This document shows positions 1 through 14,202 of a stretch of DNA of 64,000 nt, in pieces; within the stretch, counting starts at the first letter, position 1, and the number at the start of each line of letters is the position of its first letter. The notes beneath the pieces are model-generated. The model had not been told where the DNA came from, made no database searches, and worked only from the letters and a program-made list of their open reading frames with translations. Source of the DNA: Octopus bimaculoides (Eukaryota). The DNA is taken from NCBI RefSeq assembly GCF_001194135.2, contig NC_068983.1, positions 146,573,834 through 146,637,833 on the forward strand, written 5' to 3'. A program made the translations under genes and the position numbers.

Positions 1-1038
<1,038 letters not shown>

Positions 1039-1199
1039 TGTAAATATACACAGAACCATTGTCATGCACTAATTGCTGATCTCAGCCAAGATGATTACCA
1101 TCAATGCAACCTAGTTGCGTGATAAAAAAAAAAAACCTTGTCATGGGGTTAAACGATGATAATGATATAAATATATGTATAAAATTTATAAGATAAAAA

Positions 1200-1233
<34 letters not shown>

Positions 1234-1580
1234 GGTGTGTGTGTGTGACTGTGTGGTAAGAAATTTGCTTCCCACTATGGTTCTGGGTTCAGTCCTACTG
1301 TGTAGCACTTTGGGCAAGTGCTTTTTTTACTATAGTCTTGGGCCAATCAAACTTATGAGTGGATTTGGTAGAAGGAACTGTCGCATGTGTGTGTGTATCT
1401 TTCTGTCTGCTTGACAACTAGTGTGCTTATGTTGCCATATCTAAGTCGTTTGGCAAGAAAGACCGATAGAGTAAATACTAAGCTTAAAAAAAAAAGGCCT
1501 GGGGTTGATTTGTTTGACTAAAATTCTTCAAAGTGGTGCCCCAGCATGGCCACAGTCTAATAACTGAAACAAATAAAGTA
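1234..1580 (+). mobile_element. tRNA-derived SINE, degenerate (approximate ends)
   Basis: Head TGTGTGGTAAG...GGTTCAGTCC (A/B-box-like) and tail CCAGCATGGCCACAGTC..ACTGAAAC; same family recurs at 1962, 2523, 4135, 4535, 54780 and 63120. Confidence 0.7.
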
Positions 1581-1961
1581 CATACACAAAATATGTACGA
1601 AAGTTCAGCAGTAGTTAATGAATTAGAGAGGGAAGCAAGAAATGCTTCATCATAAATTTAGCAGTAGTACTTGAGAGAAAGACCAAAGCCGAGAGCAAAG
1701 AACAAATACTGAGTGAGTAGTAAAGCAAAATAGTTGTTGCCTAATCGGTGTACTGTACTCAATTTGAGGTGGTTGGTAGAGGGATGATTGAGGAAAAGAC
1801 ATTAATACTGCTTGGAGTTTGTATTGTCAAAAAGTGTTAAAATCATTGTGATCCCCAATCATCAGCTGACAATAGGAGCAGCCAGTCGTGCAAATTGCAT
1901 GTCATGTACATACATATATTGTGTACCTCTCTCCCACTCTCTATATGTAACTTTTATCTTT

Positions 1962-2346
1962 TTTTTTCATTTTACTTGATCACTCATTAGACTGCAACCA
2001 TAAAGGGACACTGCCTTGAAGGGTTGAGTTTACTTTCTAAATCTAGTATTTATGCTATCAGCCTCTATTTGTTGAAGCGCTAATTACAGTAACATAAACA
2101 AACCAACACTGACTGTCAGGTGGTGGTAGGAGACAAACACAGATACAAAGATGCCTATATAGATATATACATGTATACTGATATGACAGGCGTCCTTCAG
2201 TTTCTGCCTATCAAATCCACTCACAAAGCCTTGGACAGCCTACGACTATAGAAAAAGACACTTGCCCATGGTGCAACACAGTGGAACTGAACCTGTAACC
2301 ATGTGATCAGGAAGCAAACTTCTTAATCACATAACCATGCCTGCAC
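1962..2346 (-). mobile_element. tRNA-derived SINE, same family (approximate ends)
   Basis: Reverse-complement similarity to 1234-1580. Confidence 0.65.
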
Positions 2347-2373
2347 CTATACATATACCTATATTTATGCATG

Positions 2374-2422
<49 letters not shown>

Positions 2423-2522
2423 CTATTTAAACTCACACATTTCTATACATATATACATATTGATGTATACATACACACACCTAACATACACAAATGTACT
2501 TCCCTTTTGTATTAGCATACTG

Positions 2523-3085
2523 TTTACTTGTTTCCATTATCGGGCTGCAGCCGTCCTGGAACACTGCTTAGAAGGATCTAGTTCAGTGGTTTTCAACCAG
2601 GATCAATATGACCCTAGGGGTCCATATAAGACTTTTGGGGCTCCACACAAACAAAATAATAAATTGAGAATTCACAGTAGAATTTCAAAGGTCCATGAAA
2701 AAATTTTGATTTAGATGTATTAATTACAAAAAACAACAAGGTTTCTTTCTCTAACATTTTACATAATTCAACCTACATAAATTAATGTGTGAAAAACAAA
2801 ATAGAGAATTTTGGAAGTATGTCTAAAACTAGTTTTTGAACACTGAATGGCTATGGGCGGGGGTGGGGGCAACCAGAGTAAAATAGTAATCGAAGGGGTC
2901 CATAGGTAAAAAATGGTCAAGAACCACTGATCTAGTTGAACAAATTGACTCTAGTACTTAATCTTTTGAAAAACTGGTACTTATTCTATCAGTCTCTTTT
3001 ACTGAACCACTAAGTTACAGAACATAATAAAACCAACACTGGTTGTCAAGCAGTGGTAGGGGGACAAACACAGACACAAAGATAT
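2523..3085 (-). mobile_element. SINE fragment interrupted by a hAT MITE
   Basis: SINE sequence resumes on both sides of 2584-2929. Confidence 0.6.
2584..2929. mobile_element. Non-autonomous hAT (Charlie/MER5-like) MITE, 346 bp
   Basis: TIRs CAGTGGTTTTCAACC / GGTCAAGAACCACTG; perfect 8-bp TSD ATCTAGTT at 2576-2583 and 2930-2937. Confidence 0.9.
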
Positions 3086-3089
3086 TTCC

Positions 3090-3167
<78 letters not shown>

Positions 3168-3235
3168 GTATATACATATATATACATATAGGCATACATA
3201 CACATACACACCCACCCACACACATATATATACAT
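3090..3235. repeat. (TA)n / (CA)n microsatellite
   Basis: Seen directly; similar tracts at 1200-1245, 2374-2420, 3435-3466 and 4980-5068 often border N gaps. Confidence 0.95.
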
Positions 3236-3428
3236 CTATCAATATCAATATATGATTGATCGCTAAGTCCACAAGTTTTTTTATTCTCTCTGTGTTTATT
3301 TTCTCTGATTCCTTTCAGTTGAAGAGCATAGGCTCGAAATGTAAAATAGTTTCTCACTTTCCCGAGCGTCAAACTAATACACCTGCTTGTTGTTCATACA
3401 CCTGTCTTCGTCTTCTGTATTTCTGTAA

Positions 3429-3466
<38 letters not shown>

Positions 3467-4134
3467 NNNNNNNNNNNNNNNNNNNNNNNNNNNNNNNNNN
3501 NNNNNNNNNNNNNNNNNNNNNNNNNNNNNNNNNNNNNNNNNNNNNNNNNNNNNNNNNNNNNNNNNNNNNNNNNNNNNNNNNNNNNNNNNNNNNNNNNNNN
3601 NNNNNNNNNNNNNNNNNNNNNNNNNNNNNNNNNNNNNNNNNNNNNNNNNNNNNNNNNNNNNNNNNNNNNNNNNNNNNNNNNNNNNNNNNNNNNNNNNNNN
3701 NNNNNNNNNNNNNNNNNNNNNNNNNNNNNNNNNNNNNNNNNNNNNNNNNNNNNNNNNNNNNNNNNNNNNNNNNNNNNNNNNNNNNNNNNNNNNNNNNNNN
3801 NNNNNNNNNNNNNNNNNNNNNNNNNNNNNNNNNNNNNNNNNNNNNNNNNNNNNNNNNNNNNNNNNNNNNNNNNNNNNNNNNNNNNNNNNNNNNNNNNNNN
3901 NNNNNNNNNNNNNNNNNNNNNNNNNNNNNNNNNNNNNNNNNNNNNNNNNNNNNNNNNNNNNNNNNNNNNNNNNNNNNNNNNNNNNNNNNNNNNNNNNNNN
4001 NNNNNNNNNNNNNNNNNNNNNNNNNNNNNNNNNNNNNNNNNNNNNNNNNNNNNNNNNNNNNNNNNNNNNNNNNNNNNNNNNNNNNNNNNNNNNNNNNNNN
4101 NNNNNNNNNNNNTATATATACACATACATTATCT

Positions 4135-4470
4135 TTTACTAGTTTCAGTTGTTTGATTATGGCCATGCTGGGACATCGTCTCAAAGAGTTTTTAGTTAGA
4201 TGAATTGACATCAGTAAATAATGTTTTTAAAACCTGGTACTTATTCTATTGGTCAGTTTTGCTGAACCGCTAAGTTATGGGATATATACACACTAACACT
4301 AGTTGTCAAGTGGTGATAGGGAATAAACACACACACACACACACATACACATACGACAGGTTTCTTTCAGTTTCTGTCTACCAAATCACTCACAAGGCTT
4401 TGGTTGGTTCAAGGCTATAGTAGAAGATACTTGCTCAGGGCATCGGAAAAGTAAGCTTCCTACCACACAT
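4135..4470 (-). mobile_element. tRNA-derived SINE (approximate ends)
   Basis: Reverse-complement similarity to 1234-1580. Confidence 0.6.
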
Positions 4471-4534
4471 CCATGCCTACACCTATGTGATATATATTAT
4501 TTATATAACATATATTATATTTATATATGTATTG

Positions 4535-4925
4535 TAACTGTGTGGTAAGAACTTTGATTCCCAACCATATGGTTCCAAGTCCAGTCCCATTGCAAGGCAC
4601 CTTTGGCAAGTGTCTTTTTCTGTAGTCACAAGCCGACCAAAGTCTTGTGAGTGGATTTAGTAGACAGAAACTGTGTAGAAGCCCATTGTACATATATACA
4701 TATATAAATGTGTGTATATACATATATGTGTGTGTGTGTGTGTGTCTTTGTGTATGTTTGTCCCCTACCACCACCTGACAACTAATGTCACGTAACTTAG
4801 CAGTTCGGCCAAAGTGATTAATAGAATAAGTATCAGATTAAACTAGAGTCAATCCATTTGACTAGAATACTTCAAGGCGATGCTCCAGCATGGCCACAGT
4901 GTAATGACCGAAACTTGTAAAAAAA
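4535..4925 (+). mobile_element. tRNA-derived SINE (approximate ends)
   Basis: TGTGTGGTAAG...GGTTCCAAGTCCAGTCCCATTGC...CTCCAGCATGGCCACAGTGTAATGACCGAAAC. Confidence 0.65.
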
Positions 4926-5652
4926 AATAAATGAATCGAATGTATATATTATATAATATATAAGCATCACGCATACACATACATATATAAATACATATAT
5001 TGATATATCTACATACATAGATACATACACACACACACACACACATACAAACACACGCACAAACATGCANNNNNNNNNNNNNNNNNNNNNNNNNNNNNNN
5101 NNNNNNNNNNNNNNNNNNNNNNNNNNNNNNNNNNNNNNNNNNNNNNNNNNNNNNNNNNNNNNNNNNNNNNNNNNNNNNNNNNNNNNNNNNNNNNNNNNNN
5201 NNNNNNNNNNNNNNNNNNNNNNNNNNNNNNNNNNNNNNNNNNNNNNNNNNNNNNNNNNNNNNNNNNNNNNNNNNNNNNNNNNNNNNNNNNNNNNNNNNNN
5301 NNNNNNNNNNNNNNNNNNNNNNNNNNNNNNNNNNNNNNNNNNNNNNNNNNNNNNNNNNNNNNNNNNNNNNNNNNNNNNNNNNNNNNNNNNNNNNNNNNNN
5401 NNNNNNNNNNNNNNNNNNNNNNNNNNNNNNNNNNNNNNNNNNNNNNNNNNNNNNNNNNNNNNNNNNNNNNNNNNNNNNNNNNNNNNNNATGTATGTATGT
5501 ATGTATGTATGTATTTATACACACACACACACACACACTAACACATGTATAAATATATATTCAATATAAGCATTACAACGAGAAAAATAACCCAAGAAAA
5601 TCAAAATAAGATTGATAAAAATCGATTAACAAAGCGAGTAATTTCATCTTAC

Positions 5653-5758
5653 ATTGGAATGCACTTTCAGCTACATCCCTCTCGTCAATGGCAATAGCTA
5701 TGACGCGACTATCTTTCTGGTCCGATTCCATGGCTGCTGATTCTGGTGCTGCGGCCAT
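5653..5758 (-). CDS. First coding exon of a probable universal stress protein (USP/UspA family); downstream exons not located
   Basis: ATG in strong context (GAAAATGG); MAAAPESAAMESDQKDSRVIAIAIDERDVAESAFQ+T resembles the USP beta1-alpha1 motif (R.V.IAVD.S..S..AF.W); phase-1 donor GTAAGA at 5652 would complete the expected Trp codon. Confidence 0.6.
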
Positions 5759-6978
5759 TTTCTTTCGTGTGAAGCAATGCAATTTCAGAAAGCTAAGAAT
5801 TGGAATTGATTTTGATTTGGTCCTTATTTCTTGTTGCTGTTCTTGTAGTTGTGTCTTGTTAAATAAATATCCTAATTAAAAATCATACCTTTCCATCTCT
5901 TTCTTTCTATATTTGCAAAGTATATTTTAGGTTCCGTTTGGAATCAATCATCTCAAAGCTGTCAAACGTAGATGGAGAGAAGGTGTAATATTCTTCGATT
6001 CTACAACTACTATGCTACCAATGCTGGTCTCTCTCTCTCTAAAATGTTTAAGTATTTCAATAATATTGACAACTACCACCGCTCCTTCAGTTGATTCCAT
6101 ATTTTCCTCTTTTATTACTTTCAATCACCGTGTTTATAATATAGGTCTTTCTGTATCATCTTCATCGCTAACGATACAATGATATGACTTGAATTAGTTT
6201 CGTGAATTTCACCCCCACTCCTCCCACCAACCAATAAATCATCAAAAACTCGCATCTGAGGTTTAAAACACCTATATCCACGCGCGCGCACACACACACA
6301 CATACGCACGCGTCAGAGAATTCGCAAGGGAGAAGGGTTCTGTATCAAATCTGGATAAACTTAAGAGTACATTAAAATGACAGAAAACGACCATGCTGGA
6401 GTTACATTTGTCAATTCAACGGATTTGATCTGAGAACTGACGTCGCGGTTACAATTGCATCGTGATAAAATCACATTTATTTAAAAAAAACACAAGTACT
6501 GCTATATTAACTTTTATTTGGTATGATCGGCAGAGCACCAGACTATTTGCACTTCTTAAACTTTTTTTTTTTACTTTCTGAGTTTAAATTTTGTTGAGGT
6601 AGAGTTTGCTTTTCATTCTTCCGTGCTCGATGAATTAGAAGTGTTACGTACCTGTTTTATCGATAATCAATTGCGTTATCCCCGAGTTTTCAGGCATTGT
6701 ACCACTGGTAAAATCAGTGGTTTGTAATAATAATTCTTTCTTTCTTTTTATTTTATTGTTTTAGACACTGGGCCAGAAATTTGATTGAAGAGGTTCGCCA
6801 TTCGACTAACTCCGGCACTTGACTGATACTTTATCTTATCGATTCTGGAGAGATCAAAGACTAAGTTAACTTCTGCGGCATTTGGACTCGGAGTATTTAT
6901 ATGTATTCATATACGTCTGACAAATTTAACCCCTCTTTAATGACACTTGATTTGCTATTGAATTGTGAATCCTAATCA

Positions 6979-7092
6979 TACAAGCTATATATATATACAA
7001 GCTATATATATATACAAGCTATATATATATACAAGCTATATATATACAAGCTATATATATACAAGCTATATATATACAAGCTATATATATAT
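6979..7092. repeat. Compound repeat [ACAAGC(TA)n] x~7 within a degenerate SINE (~6690-7200)
   Basis: Seen directly. Confidence 0.85.
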
Positions 7093-7334
7093 ATTTGCAT
7101 TGTCTTCTTTAAGCCATTTCAGAGTGAAAGTAATCAAACTAAATGTGTTGTAAAAGTGCTCCAGCATGACCGCAGCCGCATGACCGAAATGAATAAAAGA
7201 ATACTTATTTGTGTAATAAAATTACAGATATTATCATTTGATCAATTGCAAAGAGACATATGTCGTCAGCTTCAGTAGATGTCGTGGGACCGAAAGACAC
7301 ATAAGGGAATAACTATTTTATAGTTAAGCAGCTC

Positions 7335-8527
7335 TGTAACACTTTCCCCTTTTAATAAATGGCAACGAACAGTGTGTGTATATTAAAACACGTATCATAT
7401 ATTAAGTTGTATTAGTTATCGAGTAGATTGAACTTTTAAATATATATTTGTAACGATTTGTGTGCGCCAAATGAATGATAGGAGAAAAGTAACTGATATA
7501 ACCATTATTGAATTTGTATTTATCATCGTTACAATATAAGAAGCAACTTCTTCGAGTTGTGTTGTTGTACCCAGNNNNNNNNNNNNNNNNNNNNNNNNNN
7601 NNNNNNNNNNNNNNNNNNNNNNNNNNNNNNNNNNNNNNNNNNNNNNNNNNNNNNNNNNNNNNNNNNNNNNNNNNTACGTATATATATACGTGCGTACGTA
7701 TGTAACTACGTATGTATGTACGTACGTACGTACGTAATTACGTATGTATGTACGTACGTACGTAACTACATATGTATGTACTAACGTACGTAAATAAAGA
7801 GAGTCAGTAACCGTGAGCATTTATACCAGTTCTTAGGGTACACATTAGTATGAGTCTGTATGTGAAAGGAGTTGAGGCTGTGTGTGGCAGTCCTGATCAC
7901 TAGTTGTGATATGGTGGTTTCCATGCCGGGCCGTGATTCTTGTTATACAGATGTTCGTCGCTGGCTGAGATCTCTTGTCTGTTTATTTATCGTGGTGAAG
8001 CTGAGTCACCTAACAGAATCGAAGAGAGAGATGTGCCGCGGTGGTTTAGTTTGGTGTACATAGAAAGTCGTGTAGACGCTGGTGGAGATTGATGCTGGTT
8101 AGTAGTAATCGTAGAATCGTGTTGGTCATGACGATGATGCTGGTTAGTAGTAGACTCGTGTTGCTGATGTGGCGACGGCGGTGGTCATCGTTGGCTGGAC
8201 GAAGCTGTTGNNNNNNNNNNACACGGAACAGATCTCAAAGAGAACTGAACCGAGACCTATTTGCTGGGTATGGGTTGCTCTATTTAAAGCATTCAGGGGG
8301 CTCCAAGACGGTAGCAGAAAAACACTATCACGTGACCTTATTAAGGGCTGTGATTGGTCAGTTTGCGTTCTGGCGGGAACGGTTCGAAGAAGTTGCCGAT
8401 TCGAATAATGATCAGTCACGTGATGACAAGGTTGATGTTTTCTGCTACGTTCGCGCTTGTTTATATTTAAATGAGAAGAATGGCGATAGTAGTTTTGTAT
8501 CTAATGGCGGTGGGTAGTTTCACTACA
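7335..8527 (-). mobile_element. Probable solo LTR or LTR-element fragment (TGTAGTG...GTGTTACA) containing a TACG microsatellite
   Basis: TG...CA termini; 7800-8085 is reverse-homologous to 16490-16690; no matching TSD found; two N gaps inside. Confidence 0.45.
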
Positions 8528-9924
8528 TATGTATAATTCATCATAACATTTACGCTGCCTGAATTAAGAGTTATGTATGGTGATAAATACTTATAATTAA
8601 GTTATAAGTGACGAGATTATCATCATAGCTTTTTACTTAAGAAGTAATAATATTTGTTATACCTTACAATCGAGAACATTAAAAATAAGATATAGTAGTC
8701 GCTCCCCGACCGTCACACTGGTTTATTTTCTTTCAGTTTCCACCGCTATGAATATGAGTCTTACAATCCATTTGCATTATGAAGTAACTATTTAAACACT
8801 TCGTTTTTCTTTTTCACTTTTCCTGAATCAATATTTCCTTGAACTATAGCCATAGAAATTGAAATCCACCTCTGTAAGCAAACAACACTATCCTTTCATT
8901 CAGAACCTACTGTATTTTCCGGTATCAAGGTTAGTGTTTTTAATTGTTTTTTTATAGAAAATAAGTCTTGAAAAATTACTGTGCGTTCTTTGAAAATAAA
9001 CTACATTTTTCAAGAGTCAATCCGAAACCCTTTCATTGTCATTGTACTGTAAAAGTACAACATAACACATGACCATACCAGCGCAGTGAAATATAAATAT
9101 GATTCATCGGATCTATACGTCCATAAGCCACTAACAAAACATTAGTAAAACTTATTAAAGTGCTCAGATCTTGTTTCCATGTTTGTCATTGTATCAAAAT
9201 TTAAAATTCCAAATTGGGTTACATTTTCGAGATTACTATCCATTGTCATAAAAAAAAAAAGAATTTACAGGTGTGTGACCAAAGGGAAACTACTCCATCT
9301 TATAATATTATCAAGTTATTTCCCTTTGACTTATTTCCAACTTCGCTGACCTCCAAACTTTATAATCGTAGCTATTGTTAATATTGCAATTCGGTTCATT
9401 TGCGTGTTTTCCCCCGTTAAACTTGTATTTAGCAGTATGTACTTTGCAGTATTGTATTTATAGTAATTGTTATTAAGTAACGCGATGTAATGTTATTTTT
9501 ATTTTCCTCTTCAATTTTACAATAGTATTTTACAATAGTTTCTGGTTCCGTGCCTGTACTAGAAGCACTTATTAAAGGGGTTTGGATTGGCAGAATCGTT
9601 AGAGAATCAAACAAAATATCTAACTTTTATATACTTATTTTATTGCAGAATTTATATACTTGTTATTGTTGCTTCTGTTAATTTTGCAATTCAGTGTATT
9701 TTTTTTCTTCGGTCTTTAAACTTACACAATAAAGATGCATAATACCTTTTGTTCTGTTAACCATTCAAATTATTTTCAATGTGGGCTAGGGTGACAATTC
9801 TTCAGATGGAGTAGGCTGGGTTGGCAACTCTTTTGGTAAATATTCTGGTGATAGCGAATCCTAAAAAAATCCCCAAAAGTTTAATGTTTTCTATTTGAAA
9901 ATCAATAGAACTATCAACTTCATT

Positions 9925-11110
9925 ATCATCGTTTAACGCTTGTTTTCCATGCTGGCATGGGTTGGACAGTTTGACTGAGGTCTGGAGAGCCAGCAGCTGC
10001 ACCAGGCTCCAATCTGATCTGGCAATGTTTCTACAGCTGGATGCCCTTCCTAATGCCAACCACTCTGAGAGTGTAGTGGGTGCTTTTTACGTACCACTGG
10101 CACGGGAGCCAATCAGGTGGGTCTGGCATCGATCACGTTTGGATGGTAATTTACGTACCACCAGCACAAGAGCCACTCATGGGGTACTGGCATTGGCCTC
10201 AATTGGTTAGTGCTTTTTACGTGCCACCAGCACAGGAGCCAGTCAGGAGGCACTGGCCACAGCTATGATATTGGTTTTATTTGACTTAACAGGTCTTCTC
10301 AAGCATATCATATTGCCTGATGCATCAAGAGTATTCTTAATAGGGCTGGACATGTGTGGTTGCGATCTCACTTCAGTCGCCGGGTCTTCTCAATCACAGC
10401 ATATCTCCAAAGGTCCTGGTATCCTGTCATTACCTCTGTGAGGCCCAGTGTTCGAAGGTCATGCTTCACCACCTCATCCCATGTCTTCTTGGGTCTACCT
10501 CTTCCACAGGTTCTGTCTACAGTTAGGGAGTGGCACTTACACACACAGCTGTCTTCATTCATATGTAACACATGACCATACCAGTGCAGACGCCTCTATT
10601 GCACACCACATTTGATGCTTCTTATGCCCAACTTTTCTCTAAGGACACTTATACTCTGTCATGTATGTACACTGACATTACACATCCNNNNNNNNNNTCT
10701 CTAAGGACACTTATACTCTGTCATGTATGTACACTGACATTACACATCCAACGGATCATACTAGCTTCATTTCTTTCAAGCCTACGCATGTCCTCAGCAT
10801 TCATGGCCCATGTTACACTGCCATGTAGCATGGCCGTTTGCACACATGCATCATACAGTCTACCTTTCACCCTGAGTGAGAGGCCCTTAGTTACCAGCAG
10901 AGGTAGGAGTTCCCAGCACTTTGTCCAGGCTATTCTTACTCTAGTCACGACACTCTCAGAGCAGCTAGCCCCACAACAGACTTGGTTGCCTAGGTAGCGG
11001 AAACTATTGACTACTTCTAGTTTCTCCACCTGGTATGTGATGGAATCTGTTTTCTGTACATCTTCAGTGTTTATTGCCCCAGTTCATTTGCTACACAAAA
11101 ACTATTTTCC
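9925..11110 (-). mobile_element. RTE-clade LINE 3' fragment (RT C-terminal region plus 3' UTR)
   Basis: LEVVNSFRYLG, RVRIAW...LLPLLVTKGLSLRVKGRLYDACV, RGRGRPKKTWDEVV; UTR ends in a (GAT)n-type tail. Confidence 0.85.
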
Positions 11111-11279
11111 TGGTTAACCTTCCTATTTTCCCGGTTAACTTAATGTAATAAAATTCGTAGAACTTTATCAATAGAAGTAATTCAAAAGATGCATATTATC
11201 GTAAATGATTGTGAGGCTAACACATTGAAACAGTAAGCCATGTGCCAGTTATGTGACACTGGCATTGGCCATGACTATG

Positions 11280-12790
11280 ATTTCACTTGACTTGATAGGT
11301 CTTTTCAAGCATATCATCAAAGGTCACTTCTCATTTCCTCCACGAGGCTCACTGCTTCAAGATCATGCTTCACCACCTCATCCTTTGTCTTCCTTGGTCT
11401 ACCTCTTCCATGGGTTCCCTCCACTATTGCAGTGCAGTACTTCTTTGCACAGCTGTCCTCGTCCATATGCCCCGCATGACCATACCGGCACAGTCTTCTC
11501 TCTTGCACACCACATCCGATGCCTCTTACGCTCAACTTTTCTCTCAAGACACTTACACTCTATTGTGCATGCACACTGACATTTCACATCTAGTGAAGTA
11601 CCCCAGCTTCATTTCTTTTGAGCCTTTGCATGTCCTTGGTGATCACAGCCCATGTTTCACTCTGTCTTTTGCTCTGAGGGAGAAGCCATTTGTTACCAAC
11701 AGAGGCAGGAGCTCTCTGAACTTTGCCCAGCCTATTCTTATTCTAGTGGCTATGTTCTTGGAGCATCTACCGCTCCTACTGACTTGGTCACCTAGGTAAC
11801 AAAAGCTATCAACTACTAGTTCTCCCCCACTGGCATTTAACAGAGTCCATTTTCTGTGCATTTTTAGTGTTAATTTTACCTGTGCAACTTCCGCACACAA
11901 AAGCTGTTTTCCCTGTTAACCTTCTTCTGATATTGCTACACCTCTTATGTGTCCATAGCTTACACCAGGTACATCGTATGGTGTTTCAACCTATACCTTT
12001 TCTGCAGATTGTGCAAGGCCATCTACCTGAAGGAATTTGTGATTTGTCTGCTCTCCTACTTATTAAGACTGTGGTTTTTATTAGATTGACTCTTAAGGCC
12101 CTTTGATTGTAGACCTTGCTTCCATGTCTGAAATTTCTTCTCTAGTTCTGGTAGTGATTCGGCTATAAGAACAAGATCACCAGCATAGAGGAGCCCTCAG
12201 GGGCAGCTCATCTTAAATTCCTCTGTTATTGCCTGAAGGACCTTGACGAATGAGGATCCTTGGTGAACCCCTACTTGTACTCTGAATTCATCGCTAAACT
12301 CATTGCTAACCTTCAAATTACTGACAGCATCCCTGTACATAGCTTGTACAGCTCTCACCAACCACTCATCTATCCCTAGCTTTGACATTGACCTCCAGAT
12401 AAGGGAGTGGGGTATTCTGTCAAAAGCTTTCTCCATGTTGACAAAAGACAGGTGGAGGGGTTTATTTTTGGCTAGATATTTCTCCTCCAAACATATAGTG
12501 TTAGTCATGCTCCTGCCTGACATAAATCTGAACTGCATTTCATTTACATTAACTCTCTTCCTAATTTATTGAGTTATGACTCTTTCAATGACTTTCATTA
12601 CTTGGTCCAGCAATTTGATACCTCTGTAATTATTCCTGTCTAAGGCATCACTATTGCTTTTGTTGCAGCTGACTATAATGCTGCTACACAAATCGTTGGG
12701 TATGACTCCCATGTAGACAATCTGATTAACTTTACGGGTGACTAGTCTATATCCTACTCCACCAGATATTTTAAGCATCTCTGAAGTGAT
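11280..12790 (-). mobile_element. RTE-clade LINE reverse transcriptase remnant
   Basis: NYRGIKLLDQVMKV, FVNMEKAFDRIP, VGVHQGS, DSFCYLGD; several stops and frameshifts. Confidence 0.85.
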
Positions 12791-12799
12791 TCCTCATGG

Positions 12800-13645
12800 G
12801 CCAGGGGCTATCCTTGTCTTCATGTCCCAAGCATTTAACAAAATAGCAAAAAATAAAGAACAAGTATTAAGAGTGAACTATGTGAAGTGCAGAACTGACA
12901 ACACAACTGAGAGTGACAAATATAGAATGTGTGGTGAGAGGGTTGAAACGGTATGGCACATAGTTAGTTAATGCCTGCAATTGGCACAATGCGATAACAA
13001 AGACAACATGACAATGTGGTAAAAATGATCCATTGAGAGCTCTGTGGGAATCACGGCCTACAAGAGCAAGGATGTGGTATGACCAAATCCCAGAAGGAAT
13101 TACTGGGAATGAAGACTACAAAATCCTATGGGATGCAATGATTCAGTGTGGCCACCAGATCAGGCATCAGAAACTGGACATTGTTGTGGTGAACAAAAAA
13201 GAAAAAGCTTGCATGATGACTGACAAAGCATGTCCCGGTGACAACAGGATCAAAGAAAAAGAAGAAAAACTGATCAATTATGATGATTTGAAGTGGGGAA
13301 ATACGAAGGTTGTGGGCAATAAAGTGAGTGGACATGATACCACTAATAATTGGTGCACTTGGAGTTATCAGCACTCAACAACCGACAAGATTCAAAAAGA
13401 TTAGTGTAAATGTAAAGATAGAACACCTAAAAATCCATCATTGCTTGGAACTGCAAGAGTTTTCTACAGAGTTCTTGAAGCATGATCAGTAAGCAAGTGT
13501 CCCTTTAGTCTGCTGACTGGGGACATCTGACCACTTTCCATCATATCCAGTAAAATAAGCTGAGAGTTTCAAGCAAACAATAATAATGATGATGATGATA
13601 TGATGATGATGATGATGATGATATGATGATGATGATGATGATAAT
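12800..13645 (+). mobile_element. R4/Dong-like non-LTR retrotransposon 3' end with (AAT/GAT)n tail
   Basis: CCHC knuckle YRMCGERVETVWHIVS, restriction-like endonuclease remnant KLDIVVVNKKEKACM, terminal LLGTARV..RVLEA*. Confidence 0.75.
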
Positions 13646-14057
13646 AGGCCAGATATAGTTGTCAGAGATCACCAAAAAAAAAAAGCTTTCTAATCGATGT
13701 ATCACTACCAACAGATGACAATGTTTCTCTAAAAGAAACAGGGAAACTTTCAAAATACAAAGACCTGGAAATAGAGGTAACTCAAATGAAACAGAAACAA
13801 TTCCTTTCATAGTAGGCACATTAGGTATGATAAAAGAATATTCAAACAAAATTCAAACAAATACATAGCAAAAACATCAGGACTAACAAGTCTATATAAC
13901 ATACAGAAAATAGCACTACTAGGCACCGCACACTTTCTATATAAAACACTTTCAATACAGTGAAAATAAGAGCATCACAGCAAGCCACAGCACATACCCA
14001 AGGCACACAGAGCTGCACTTGGTAGTGCAGAGAAAGCACGTTATAAAAATAAGACTA

Positions 14058-14127
<70 letters not shown>

Positions 14128-14140
14128 GTAATAATAATAA
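13646..14140 (+). mobile_element. Second R4/Dong-like 3' fragment with (AAT)n tail (14061-14140)
   Basis: PDIVVRD..K..FLIDVSLPTDDNVSLKETGKLSKYKDLEIEV, IQKIALLGTAHFL. Confidence 0.75.
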
Positions 14141-14202
14141 ATTCAACTTTACGATGAAAGTAAACAAACAAAGTTTGTTCTTTTGTTAGAAGCGTTGAGA
14201 TG

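Noticed and set aside
3256-5541. Long ORFs of YI/CV repeats and X runs (also 16182-16608, 17415-17951, 61989-63104)
   Set aside because: Produced by dinucleotide repeats and N gaps
6100-6480. USP promoter elements (CCAAT ~6231, TGACGTC ~6439)
   Set aside because: Short motifs expected by chance, and the transcription start is unknown
10636-10745. Direct duplications flanking 10-N gaps (also 39375-39580 and the 30300-30880 pair)
   Set aside because: Typical unmerged contig overlaps; not treated as biological tandem repeats
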